Source: Candidatus Kerfeldbacteria bacterium (GTDB lineage: Bacteria; Patescibacteriota; Patescibacteriia; UBA9570; XYC2-FULL-38-9). From it: a DNA stretch of 64,000 bases. The stretch lies in contig JACPGJ010000007.1 in the NCBI GenBank assembly GCA_016182555.1, forward strand, positions 53 to 64,052, given 5' to 3'. Under the pieces are notes generated by a model that did no database searches, was not told the origin of the DNA, and worked only from the letters and a program-made list of their open reading frames with translations. Positions 39,191-48,567 of this stretch are shown one piece after another (position 1 is the first letter of the stretch; each line of letters starts with the position of its first letter). The position numbers were made by a program, and so were the translations under genes.

Positions 39191-39437
39191 AGACAATTTT
39201 GTCAATTTGCTCGCTCAAATTTGTCGTTCGGCTTCGGAAACGTCGTTTTTCTAAATCTGCAAGGGTGATAGATTTTTTTAAACGCTTAGTGGGAGCATTC
39301 AACGGCATAAATATACCGATCGGCTTGCCATGCTTCACGACCGTATATGTCTTTTGCAATGGCTTTTGCGTGATATCGGCAAAATGACGAATAAATTCAC
39401 GAGTGGATATAATAGTTTCTTGTTGTTGTGTGTGCAT
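39174..39437 (-). CDS. Phd/YefM-like antitoxin
   Basis: ISTREFIRHF...VVKHGKPI...NLSEQID; overlaps the toxin start. Confidence 0.78.
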   Translation of the reverse strand: MHTQQQETIISTREFIRHFADITQKPLQKTYTVVKHGKPIGIFMPLNAPTKRLKKSITLADLEKRRFRSRTTNLSEQIDKIVYGIGR

Positions 39438-39538
39438 AGATAGAAAATAAATTATTGAGTCTACTAACGATAAAACTCTGTCATATTATTGTCAAATTTT
39501 TGTATGACAAAATAGTAACGAAACGATTGTCAACAAAA

Positions 39539-40666
39539 TTAATATTCAAGACCACTCAAATAGCTGGTCGCATTTCGAATATCAATGCCTCCAACAGATC
39601 GTTCCTGTGCTAACTCTTTTACCAGTTGAATACTCGGAACGCCATATTTTTTGTGAAAATAGTGTAGAGAACGTGAGAGATTTTTTTCTTTCCATTTTGT
39701 TTCAAGAAATAATTGCGGTTCGCCATTGCGTACAATACAAAAATCAACCTCTTGCCCCTGTTTTGTTCTCAGATAATGGAGCGCATGCAGCTTACCCGTG
39801 TAATCTGTTTTTCCACACACATATTTTAATAAACTAAGTGCAACCATGTTTTCAAAACGCGCACCATTATCACCCTCAACAAGCCCTGTGTCATAAAAAT
39901 AAATCTTCGGCTCTTTTAAAATAGAGCGCGCAATATTTTTTGAATACGGCGTGACGCGAAAAATAATATACAACGCTTCTAATATATCTATATATCTTTT
40001 CACTGTTGCTGGGGATGCTTGAACATCGCGGGCAATGGAAGAATACGATACACTTGAACCAACGGAGCGACGTAACAAATCAAAAATAATTTGCATTGTT
40101 TGAATGTCATTAACGCGTTCAAAGTCTAAAACATCTTCACGAATCAATCCGTCTGTATATTGCTTACGCCAACGTTGCGCCTCTTCATCGGTTTGAGCAA
40201 GCAGTGGTTCCGGGAAACCACCACGTTGTATTAACGCATCAATGTCATTGGCATAGGGTGTACCTCGTAATTCAGCAAGAGAAAATGGCAACAGACGATG
40301 CACAAAAAAACGCCCGGCCATAGAATCGCCTGTTTGTCGAAATGTGTTCAAGCGTGCACTTCCCGTAACCAAAATATGCAATTGTTCTGGTTTGGTATCG
40401 TATACACCTTTCAAAAAATTTTTCCACCCCTTCAACTTATGCAGCTCATCAAGAATCAACAAATCGGTTTGTTGCGGCCACTCTATACGTTGAATAACGC
40501 GACGATGATCAATATTATCGACATTTAAATAGGTCACCATCGAAAATGAACCTTGTGTACCAATATGTTTTGCCAGCCATGTTTTTCCTGCTTGACGTGG
40601 ACCAACAAGAAACACCATCTTTTTTTGCAAATCTTGGAGGATAAGCTGCTCTTGTACTCTTTTCAT
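39539..40666 (-). CDS. AAA_14 ATPase with DUF4143
   Basis: GPRQAGKT, LDELH, TGSA, GGFPE, PKIYFYDTG, FEN, EVDF. Confidence 0.92.
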   Translation of the reverse strand: MKRVQEQLILQDLQKKMVFLVGPRQAGKTWLAKHIGTQGSFSMVTYLNVDNIDHRRVIQRIEWPQQTDLLILDELHKLKGWKNFLKGVYDTKPEQLHILVTGSARLNTFRQTGDSMAGRFFVHRLLPFSLAELRGTPYANDIDALIQRGGFPEPLLAQTDEEAQRWRKQYTDGLIREDVLDFERVNDIQTMQIIFDLLRRSVGSSVSYSSIARDVQASPATVKRYIDILEALYIIFRVTPYSKNIARSILKEPKIYFYDTGLVEGDNGARFENMVALSLLKYVCGKTDYTGKLHALHYLRTKQGQEVDFCIVRNGEPQLFLETKWKEKNLSRSLHYFHKKYGVPSIQLVKELAQERSVGGIDIRNATSYLSGLEY

Positions 40667-40743
40667 ATATGACTATTATACACTATATTGCAAAATAGTC
40701 AATACTTTTTATCAAAACACTTCAAAATAGTCACTTTTGTGTA

Positions 40744-42084
40744 TTAGAGTGACCGAACCATCGCCAACTTTGCCACACCAACCATACCAGAGGCTTTGTA
40801 GGGCTCGATGACTCCCCCGTTCAACAAGAGGCGCGCTGTTTCGTCTGCCGCATCTTTCACGCCATAGCCTTTTAATAACAACGATCCTTCAAACGGAACG
40901 CGGGCATGACCGCCATCTGGAAAACCCGCAGCATGGGCAACAGCAGCCATCATCACACCCATCAACTGCCCGGCTTGTGTTAACACCAACCGCGCACATT
41001 CTTGCAACAATTTATATTCCGAAGGGCCAACGGGCAATTCATTTTTCCGGCGAGATTTTCCTTGTGCAATATCGCTCATAATACCTTGGTTTCGGGAATT
41101 CATAATGGTGTCTGCCAATTGCTTCGCATTGGAAAAATATTCTTGCAAATACAACACCGCCGCGGCTAAACGGCTGGGCAAAAACCCACCGCCCACAAAA
41201 CATTCTAAGTCTACTCCGTGCCCTGGCAACCATCCATGGGTATCGATAATCTGCAACAAGGAATCTTTTGGAATAACGTGCGCATGCCCCGCTTCTAAGT
41301 TCACCATTCCTCGCTCCGGGCCACCATACATAGCGCCATTCGTACCCGTGCCAAACACAAACCCCATTGGCAATGCGGCCACACCGTCTGCAGCAGTTTG
41401 CATATCAAGCGCCACCGCAACCGTATCATTCACAAATACAATCGCACCAACAGATGGAACGCCACGTTTTTTGAGTTCTACGCGAAGCAATTCTGATAAC
41501 GACGGCTGATCTTGTGGAAGCAAAGATTCATCTAGGTCAACAATTTTCCAAAACTTCGGTAAATTTTGTTTATTCAATCGCGCGTCCACATCACCATTCG
41601 GCATAATAATATTTGTTTGCGGGAAACCAAACGATATACCAATCGGGATATCTGCTAGTGCCTCTAAACCATATTCTTTCATCGCGCGAATAATTTCTTG
41701 TGCAATGAGTTCCATTAAACTCACAAACGTATGCTGACGTTCATTTTCTGGAATCGGGCGAATGAACGGTTCTTCTAATACTACACTGCCATCGGCTTTT
41801 TTCCGCGCCACCGTAAATATCCAATTTGTTCCACCGCAAGCGCAGGTAATCGCGGCGCTCTCTGCCGGCACCTGGTCCATCGCTTCCTGGGTGACCGCAT
41901 TGATGTTAGTCGGAAAAGCGAGTAAGCCGCCATCGGTGCTGGTTGGTGACGTGATGCGCGTCAATCCAATCTGGATTGCTTTGGATAAATCGGCATAAAA
42001 AATGCCGAGTTCTGATGCGGTAAAACGGTGGAGCCCAGCATCATTGATTTTGCCGTGAGCTTGCGGTAATTGCGATTCTTTCAT
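40744..42084 (-). CDS. Hexokinase-family protein (eukaryote-type hexokinase fold)
   Basis: GGTNW, GISFGFP, VNDTVA, FGTGTNG, NLEAG, EGSL, SGMVG correspond to hexokinase signature motifs. Confidence 0.82.
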   Translation of the reverse strand: MKESQLPQAHGKINDAGLHRFTASELGIFYADLSKAIQIGLTRITSPTSTDGGLLAFPTNINAVTQEAMDQVPAESAAITCACGGTNWIFTVARKKADGSVVLEEPFIRPIPENERQHTFVSLMELIAQEIIRAMKEYGLEALADIPIGISFGFPQTNIIMPNGDVDARLNKQNLPKFWKIVDLDESLLPQDQPSLSELLRVELKKRGVPSVGAIVFVNDTVAVALDMQTAADGVAALPMGFVFGTGTNGAMYGGPERGMVNLEAGHAHVIPKDSLLQIIDTHGWLPGHGVDLECFVGGGFLPSRLAAAVLYLQEYFSNAKQLADTIMNSRNQGIMSDIAQGKSRRKNELPVGPSEYKLLQECARLVLTQAGQLMGVMMAAVAHAAGFPDGGHARVPFEGSLLLKGYGVKDAADETARLLLNGGVIEPYKASGMVGVAKLAMVRSL

Positions 42085-42136
42085 AAATAAAAATAAGCCA
42101 GTTAACTCTCATACTTTATCATATTTCCCTTGCTCA

Positions 42137-42889
42137 TCACAATGGCTGAAGTAGGGTAAATAATACGGCCTCGGATTTGAGCGGCGTATCCAGGTGATAA
42201 CGCAACAGCGCATGAATCAGCTGGGTGAATTCTTGCCACTGCGCGATGGGAATTTGCAATTTTGTTGATTCCTCTAAAGAACGCTCGTGAATGAAACGCA
42301 GAGCTTTGATGGTATTCTCGTGAACGGACATCGTATCGTCGGTGCTTTGGCAATTTGCGCATTCGACGCTCCATAATTTGAAATTGAATTTGGTGCCTTC
42401 GGAAGTAATGGGATTGTTACACGCATGGCAGGTGTAAAGCTCGAGGCGAAAACCTAAAATAGAGAGCAGTTGAATAACCGCGGCATACAAGGCAAGGAGG
42501 TGCGCGTTATTTTGGTTCAACCACGTATAAAAACCGTGGACATGTTCAAACAACGCTGTGTCTTGCTCTTCCTCTTGCGTAAACCGATCCACGATTTCAG
42601 AAAAAAAACTGGCCAGTGCGGAATGCGGAAGGGACTGCCGGAGTTGCGTATGCGGCGCGAGTGTATTGGAACCGGCGACAATATCGATCGTGCGAGAACG
42701 GGCAATAAAAAAATCAGCGTAGATAAATGGTTCGAGGTGACCGGCAAGTTTTGAGGTAATTTTTCGTGCACTAATTGCCCGCGTGGTCAATTTGCCGTAA
42801 TCACGCGTAAGCAAGCGCACCATCTTATCTTGGTCTTTATAATTCCAGCGCTTCAGAATAATGCCATCAGACTTATAGGTATAGGCCAT
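42137..42889 (-). CDS. recO: DNA repair protein RecO
   Basis: GIILK..Y.D.DK...LTRDYGK, SKLAGHLEPF, CxxC...CxxC. Confidence 0.93.
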   Translation of the reverse strand: MAYTYKSDGIILKRWNYKDQDKMVRLLTRDYGKLTTRAISARKITSKLAGHLEPFIYADFFIARSRTIDIVAGSNTLAPHTQLRQSLPHSALASFFSEIVDRFTQEEEQDTALFEHVHGFYTWLNQNNAHLLALYAAVIQLLSILGFRLELYTCHACNNPITSEGTKFNFKLWSVECANCQSTDDTMSVHENTIKALRFIHERSLEESTKLQIPIAQWQEFTQLIHALLRYHLDTPLKSEAVLFTLLQPL

Positions 42890-42915
42890 GGAAAATCTGC
42901 CTGAACATAGGCGGT

Positions 42916-45861
42916 TTATTGTCCTAAAGAAATGGTCATCAGTTCACCGTCAATCTTGAATTCGTGCTGTTGTGGTTCATTCACCGTGGTGATACTTTTT
43001 GCCAATACCGAACGTTGATATTCTTCAGCATATATACTGAACACTTTTTGTATACGCTCGCTTTCTGTGGAAATGGTGATGTCGATGAGGTCGTTGATGC
43101 TCAACTTTGCTTGTTTGCGGAGTGCGTTTGTTTGGCGAATCAGTTCACGCAACATGCCTTCCAAGCGCAGCTCTTCGGTGAGGGTGGTATCAAGCGCAAA
43201 TGCTTCTCCAAATTTCACCTCTTTGACATTCAATTCCTCTTTCATCATTTGAATATACCCGCTCTCCAAATCTTTTTCTGTAATAGTAACCGATTGCAGC
43301 GGTTGACGAACTTTTATGCCTGCTTGCGCGCGAAGAGCAAGCGCTTGCTCAATCATTTTACGCACGCGGTCCATATTCTGGAGTACTCGTTCATCCATAA
43401 ATGCTTCGTTTTCATCAAGCCAGTCGGTGTGGTGTACAGAAAGAAGCATATCATTCGTGCGCAATTGTTGATAGATATATTCGGTCATAAACGGTGTTAC
43501 GGGTGCGGCAACTTTTATAAAACTCACGAGCACCGTGTAGAGTGTGCGCAACGCCATCGTACTATCTGCGCTCGTTTCTCCTTTAAAACGGTTTCGCGCC
43601 CGGCGTACATACCAGGTGGATAATTCTTGAACAAAATCTACTAATGGCAACGCCGTTTCACGCAACATATAGGTGTTATATCCTGTAGTCACCTGCGCAA
43701 TGAGTGTATGGAGTTTTGCAAAAATCCATTTGTCTAATACGTTCGACAGTTCGGCCGGATCAGTAATTTCTTTGATTTCTCCGTGGTATTTTTCCGCAAA
43801 CATGTGATAAAAGGTAAACACATTCCACAACGTATTGGTGTACTTACGGTAAATTTCTGCCACATCTTTTTGAGAAAAATTCAAATTTTCTGCGGCCATC
43901 ACTGGAGAAGCGGCGAGGTATAGGCGCATCGCATCAGCCCCGTATTGGTCAACCATTTCCAATGGGTCGGGGTAATTTTTCAATTTTTTACTCATCTTTT
44001 TCCCATCTTCTGCCAACACAATACCATTCACAATGACATTACGAAATGCCGGAACACTTTCTTGCGTAGGAATAGAGCGGTCTTGATCGCGCGTGAGTGC
44101 TGTGGCTAACACATGCAATGTATAAAACCATCCACGTGTTTGATCTTGTCCTTCGGCAATAAATTCTGCAGGGAAACCATTTTCAAATTTTTCAACATTT
44201 TCAAATGGATAATGCATTTGCGCATACGGCATAGCGCCAGATTCAAACCAACAATCTAATACTTCTGGGATACGACGATACGTTTTACCGTTCTGCGTGA
44301 TTTTAATATTATCGATAATATGTTTGTGCAGGTCTTCTACTTTTTGACCGGAAAGCTCTTCCAACTGTTGCGCACTTTCAACGCAGAGCACATCACCGTC
44401 TTCGTTCATCCATATTGGTAATGGTGCACCCCAATAACGGTTACGCGAAATCGCCCAGTCGTGCGCGTTCTCCAGCCACTTGCCAAAACGCCCATCTTTC
44501 ATGTGCTCCGGCACCCAGTGAATTTTTTGGTTATTGGCTAGGAGCTGTTCTTTTATTTCTGTGACGCGAACAAACCAACTCGAAGTCGCGTAATTCAACA
44601 GCGGCGTATCGCACCGCCAACAATGTGGATAGCTATGTTCAATTTTTTTCTTTGAAAAAAGTTTTCCATTGTGCGCTAACCATTTTACAATTTCGATATC
44701 TGTTTCTTGTGGAGTCTCTTTTGGTTTTGCTTGGCGGCCCGCAAAATCTGTTACGGCTTCTACAAATTCACCGTTCATCTGTACATGCTGGATGAGTGGC
44801 ACTCCTTCGCGAGCGCCGACGTGATAATCGTCATCACCAAAGGCTGGAGCGATATGTACAATACCTGTTCCCTCTTCCGTGCTCACAAAATCGGCAGCGA
44901 TCACACGAAATGCATTTGGGGTATCTGCAAAATAGGTAAACAGCGGTTCATAAGTAAGACCCTCTACATCTTGCAGGGTGAGTTCACGCACCACGGTATA
45001 GGGTTTGTCTGCAAACACTTCAGCAACGCGGTCTTTAGCAAGCACAAAATAAGTGGTCACACCCTCTTCTTCTTGCTTCACTAATACGTAGGCAATTTCT
45101 GGCCCCACTGCTAGCAACACATTACCGGGCAATGTCCATGGAGTCGTGGTCCAAGCAAGAATGTTCACTGGGTCAGTGCCTGTATGTAAACGTTCTTCTG
45201 CGTTGGTCACACGAAATTTTGCCACCACGGAAATATCTTTCACCTCTTTATACTCCAGTGTGACTTCAAAATTCGACAGTGTTGTTTCGCAACGAGGACA
45301 AATATGCATTGCTTTATGGCCTTGGTAGATCAGCCCCTTTTTCCAAAGCTGTGAAAACACCCACCAGACACTTTCCATGTAGTTACGATCCATCGTTTTG
45401 TAATCGTTCTCCATCTCTACCCAACGACCCATACGGTGAATGACCTGTTTCCAATCATTGGCATATTGCAATACCGTCGCGCGGCAGGCTTCGTTAAATT
45501 TGTCCACGCCAAATGCTTCAATATCTTTTTTCGTTTTTAGATTCTGTTCTTTTTCAATAATATTTTCAATCGGCAGACCATGGCAATCCCATCCCCATTT
45601 TCTCTCCACGCGAAAACCACGCATGGTCCAGTACCGCGGCACCATGTCTTTCATGAGTGAAGCTACAATATGACCATAGTGCGGCATGCCGGTGGCAAAT
45701 GGCGGGCCATCATAAAACACATATTGCTTGTTCTCCGGCCGTTGGCGCACCGATTCTTCAAAACACTTATTCTCTTCCCAAAATGCGACAATCTCTTCTT
45801 CGAATTGGGCAAACTGATTTTTTTTGTTCTCTTTGTTGTGATCTGGTTCTGCCATAGACAT
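42916..45861 (-). CDS. ileS: Isoleucine-tRNA ligase (IleRS type 2)
   Basis: YDGPPFATGMPHYGH, GWDCHGLP, WTTTPWTLP, AEGQDQTRGWFY, KMSK; start 45861 or 45855. Confidence 0.97.
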   Translation of the reverse strand: MSMAEPDHNKENKKNQFAQFEEEIVAFWEENKCFEESVRQRPENKQYVFYDGPPFATGMPHYGHIVASLMKDMVPRYWTMRGFRVERKWGWDCHGLPIENIIEKEQNLKTKKDIEAFGVDKFNEACRATVLQYANDWKQVIHRMGRWVEMENDYKTMDRNYMESVWWVFSQLWKKGLIYQGHKAMHICPRCETTLSNFEVTLEYKEVKDISVVAKFRVTNAEERLHTGTDPVNILAWTTTPWTLPGNVLLAVGPEIAYVLVKQEEEGVTTYFVLAKDRVAEVFADKPYTVVRELTLQDVEGLTYEPLFTYFADTPNAFRVIAADFVSTEEGTGIVHIAPAFGDDDYHVGAREGVPLIQHVQMNGEFVEAVTDFAGRQAKPKETPQETDIEIVKWLAHNGKLFSKKKIEHSYPHCWRCDTPLLNYATSSWFVRVTEIKEQLLANNQKIHWVPEHMKDGRFGKWLENAHDWAISRNRYWGAPLPIWMNEDGDVLCVESAQQLEELSGQKVEDLHKHIIDNIKITQNGKTYRRIPEVLDCWFESGAMPYAQMHYPFENVEKFENGFPAEFIAEGQDQTRGWFYTLHVLATALTRDQDRSIPTQESVPAFRNVIVNGIVLAEDGKKMSKKLKNYPDPLEMVDQYGADAMRLYLAASPVMAAENLNFSQKDVAEIYRKYTNTLWNVFTFYHMFAEKYHGEIKEITDPAELSNVLDKWIFAKLHTLIAQVTTGYNTYMLRETALPLVDFVQELSTWYVRRARNRFKGETSADSTMALRTLYTVLVSFIKVAAPVTPFMTEYIYQQLRTNDMLLSVHHTDWLDENEAFMDERVLQNMDRVRKMIEQALALRAQAGIKVRQPLQSVTITEKDLESGYIQMMKEELNVKEVKFGEAFALDTTLTEELRLEGMLRELIRQTNALRKQAKLSINDLIDITISTESERIQKVFSIYAEEYQRSVLAKSITTVNEPQQHEFKIDGELMTISLGQ

Positions 45862-46018
45862 GCTTTTATAGCGTAAAATATTGAAAAGTATAACGTTTTT
45901 TTGAAAAAAAAGCAAAAATAAAAGGTGTTTTGATTATCAAGCGCGAAGACACCTGAACGCGCGTTGCTGCAAGCGGCCGCTTCTTGCGCGGCCTCTGTGG
46001 CAGCAGCCGTGGAGCCGG

Positions 46019-46330
46019 TTAGAATACCTGGATAATTTTTCCGGATACTAACCGACATTTGTCGGCTGCCTGGACGATACGAAGCGCCTCTTCGGCGCTC
46101 CAAGCCAACGCATAGAGAGCGCTCAAGGGAGAGCCCTCTACTGGCGGAACCTCATAAAAGAGTCTCCACATGAGGTCGATGTCTATGCCGTCCAGCATCA
46201 GCACAACCGGCCTCTTGTCTAGCAGACGAGGTTTAGGACTTCGAAGAACCCCCTTCTCTTCTAGAAGCCTCACAAACCGCCGTATGGATATCCATGCGGC
46301 AATTTCATCGTCTAAAAATACAGCTATCAT
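46019..46330 (-). CDS. Orphan protein
   Basis: SD gaaaggagaagg directly before MIAVF; promoter-like ttgact upstream; GC-rich hairpins downstream. Confidence 0.55.
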   Translation of the reverse strand: MIAVFLDDEIAAWISIRRFVRLLEEKGVLRSPKPRLLDKRPVVLMLDGIDIDLMWRLFYEVPPVEGSPLSALYALAWSAEEALRIVQAADKCRLVSGKIIQVF

Positions 46331-46442
46331 CCTTCTCCTTTCCCCGCTGCATGCGGGAAAAAAACATAAAGTGACCCGGCTACAACATCGATATTTATTC
46401 ATGAACAAGAAAAAAAGTCAAGCTACACCTGGAACCTCCAAT

Positions 46443-46757
46443 CTAAACCTTCCGCTGTGTTGCAGGAAGAGCGCGCAACAACGCTGCTGTAGTAATACCC
46501 GCGATATGCACCGTTTTGTAACGCGCAGCTTTTCCATGAGTCATCTGAATAGCAGCTGGTGAACAGTTCAATACTTCAGCTAAAAATTTGACCAGTGCTG
46601 CGTTTGCCCTACCTTCAAGCGCTGGAGCTGTCAGCTTTATTTTTAAACGGTTGGCCTGCACACCAACGACCTGGTTCCGTGATGAGTTGGGAACCACTCG
46701 GATATATAACAGCACTCCATTGGAAGCCGGAGCATAAAAAGTGTTTATGGCATGCAT
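46443..46757 (-). CDS. yggU: DUF167 / YggU-family protein
   Basis: VVPNSSRN, LKIKLTAPALEGRANAAL, G..ARYK. Confidence 0.9.
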   Translation of the reverse strand: MHAINTFYAPASNGVLLYIRVVPNSSRNQVVGVQANRLKIKLTAPALEGRANAALVKFLAEVLNCSPAAIQMTHGKAARYKTVHIAGITTAALLRALPATQRKV

Positions 46758-46761
46758 ATTT

Positions 46762-47385
46762 TTATCGAACCTGTTGAATGAATGCGATGTTACGCTGCTC
46801 GCGGTCGCCGCGGCGAAACGAATAGAGGCGCGGTGATTCTACCGTACAAACCCGCATGACTTCTATATTATTTTCGGGAATGCCCAGCTCCAAGCATTGG
46901 TTCACATTTGCTTGCCACAAGTCCAGATGAAAAATTCCCTCGCGGGTTTCAGATTCACGCACTACTGCGGGGTCAAACTGCCTTGCGACCTCTTCACCAA
47001 CCACAAAACAATTTGGGCAGATCGCCGGACCAATACCGACCTTCAACCCAAACGGTTTCATTTTTAAAAATTCAATTGATTTACGCGTGATGTCGAGCGC
47101 GGTTCCGCGCCACCCAGCGTGTACGGCACCTACCACACCAACGCGCGGTTCCGCAAACAAGACTGGCACGCAATCTGCCACGCGCACCGCCACACCAACT
47201 TTTTTTTGCCGCGTGACCAATGCATCCACACCACGAAGCTGCTGTTGCGCCGTATCTTCCACCCAAACGGTTTTATCTTTATGAACCTGTTCGCCAAATA
47301 CTAACCCCGTCGGCACCGCATCCCCTATTTCCGTAATACCATGCGTGATGTATGAACATTTTGCTAAGTTTGAAAATTGAAGCAT
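46762..47385 (-). CDS. pgeF: YfiH/PgeF-family purine nucleoside phosphorylase (laccase-like)
   Basis: QVH, DALVT, VADCVPV, HAGWRG, IGPAIC, CT...YSFRR. Confidence 0.92.
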   Translation of the reverse strand: MLQFSNLAKCSYITHGITEIGDAVPTGLVFGEQVHKDKTVWVEDTAQQQLRGVDALVTRQKKVGVAVRVADCVPVLFAEPRVGVVGAVHAGWRGTALDITRKSIEFLKMKPFGLKVGIGPAICPNCFVVGEEVARQFDPAVVRESETREGIFHLDLWQANVNQCLELGIPENNIEVMRVCTVESPRLYSFRRGDREQRNIAFIQQVR

Positions 47386-47393
47386 ACAATCTA

Positions 47394-48563
47394 CTATACA
47401 GCAGAATCTTCAATAACATCAAGGTAACAATCATAGGTTTCGCGGGCACAGTGCTTCCAAGAAAATTTGCGGGCGTGTGTGCGGCCAGCGGCACCAAGTT
47501 GTGCGCGCTTCACCGGGCTGCGCATAAGAGTGGCAATTCCTTGTTGAATAGAGAGAATATTCCGTGGGTTCACATACAACGCACCAGGCCCACCCACTTC
47601 CGGAAGCGAAGAAATTTTAGATGTCAACACCGGTATACCCATACTCGCCGCTTCCAACACCGGCAACCCAAACCCTTCCCATAATGACGGAAAAACAAAC
47701 GCGGTACACGATTGCATCAGCGCCATTTTTTCTTCATGGGTCACATAGCCAATGACGCGAACATTGCCAGACCAGCGAGCTCGCGAAATCGTTTGAAACA
47801 CTTGCTCGTACTTCCAGCCACGCGCACCAGCAATGACTAATTGGACATCACGAAAACGACGATGATGTTCATTCATAAACTGGTCAAATGCTTTCACCAA
47901 ACGTTCCAAATTTTTGCGTGGTTCAAGCGTGCCAATGAAAAATAAAAACTGTTCATTCACGCCAAACTGTGCACGAATTTCTGCACAACGAGCAGCTGGC
48001 AAACGTGGCTCACGAGTGACCCCTTCATAAATTAAGGCCATGCGCGAATCCGGTACACGAAATAACTGCGTAATCATTTTTTCTGTGGCGCGGGAAACCG
48101 CAATCACCTTCGCGGCTTTTCGTACCGACTGCGGCACCAGCACTTTTTGTGAAAAACCAGACTCTTCACGAAACCATTCCGGATGACGATAAATAGCCAA
48201 GTCATGAATCGTCACTACCGATGGCCGCGAATAACCGAGCGGTATACCATACGCCGGAGAATGAAAAATATCCAAACGTTGCCGCTCCAACACCTTCGCC
48301 ACAAAATAATGAGAATAGGCAAACGGAAGATAACGTTTATATTTGCTCAGCGGCAAACGTACCACTTGTACATTCGGCCGCGCTGTATATTCTTGTGTCA
48401 CCTCTTCTGGCATCTGGTGGTCTACAAACAACACAAATTCATCTTTTGCGGCAGGGTTGTATGCCAGCAGCGCCTTCACTAATTGCGTCGTGTAATGGCC
48501 CACTCCTGCGCGTTCTCCGGAAGCGGGATTCAGCATCGTTCGGCAATCTATTCCTATACGCAT
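47394..48563 (-). CDS. GT4 glycosyltransferase
   Basis: MRIGID, TIHDL, GTLEPRKN, EGFGLPVLEA. Confidence 0.93.
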   Translation of the reverse strand: MRIGIDCRTMLNPASGERAGVGHYTTQLVKALLAYNPAAKDEFVLFVDHQMPEEVTQEYTARPNVQVVRLPLSKYKRYLPFAYSHYFVAKVLERQRLDIFHSPAYGIPLGYSRPSVVTIHDLAIYRHPEWFREESGFSQKVLVPQSVRKAAKVIAVSRATEKMITQLFRVPDSRMALIYEGVTREPRLPAARCAEIRAQFGVNEQFLFFIGTLEPRKNLERLVKAFDQFMNEHHRRFRDVQLVIAGARGWKYEQVFQTISRARWSGNVRVIGYVTHEEKMALMQSCTAFVFPSLWEGFGLPVLEAASMGIPVLTSKISSLPEVGGPGALYVNPRNILSIQQGIATLMRSPVKRAQLGAAGRTHARKFSWKHCARETYDCYLDVIEDSAV

Positions 48564-48567
48564 ATCA

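Noticed and set aside
45920-46020. GC-rich hairpins upstream of ileS as a T-box leader
   Set aside because: No T-box GGTGG-ACC antiterminator or specifier loop seen; better explained as the terminator of the upstream orphan.
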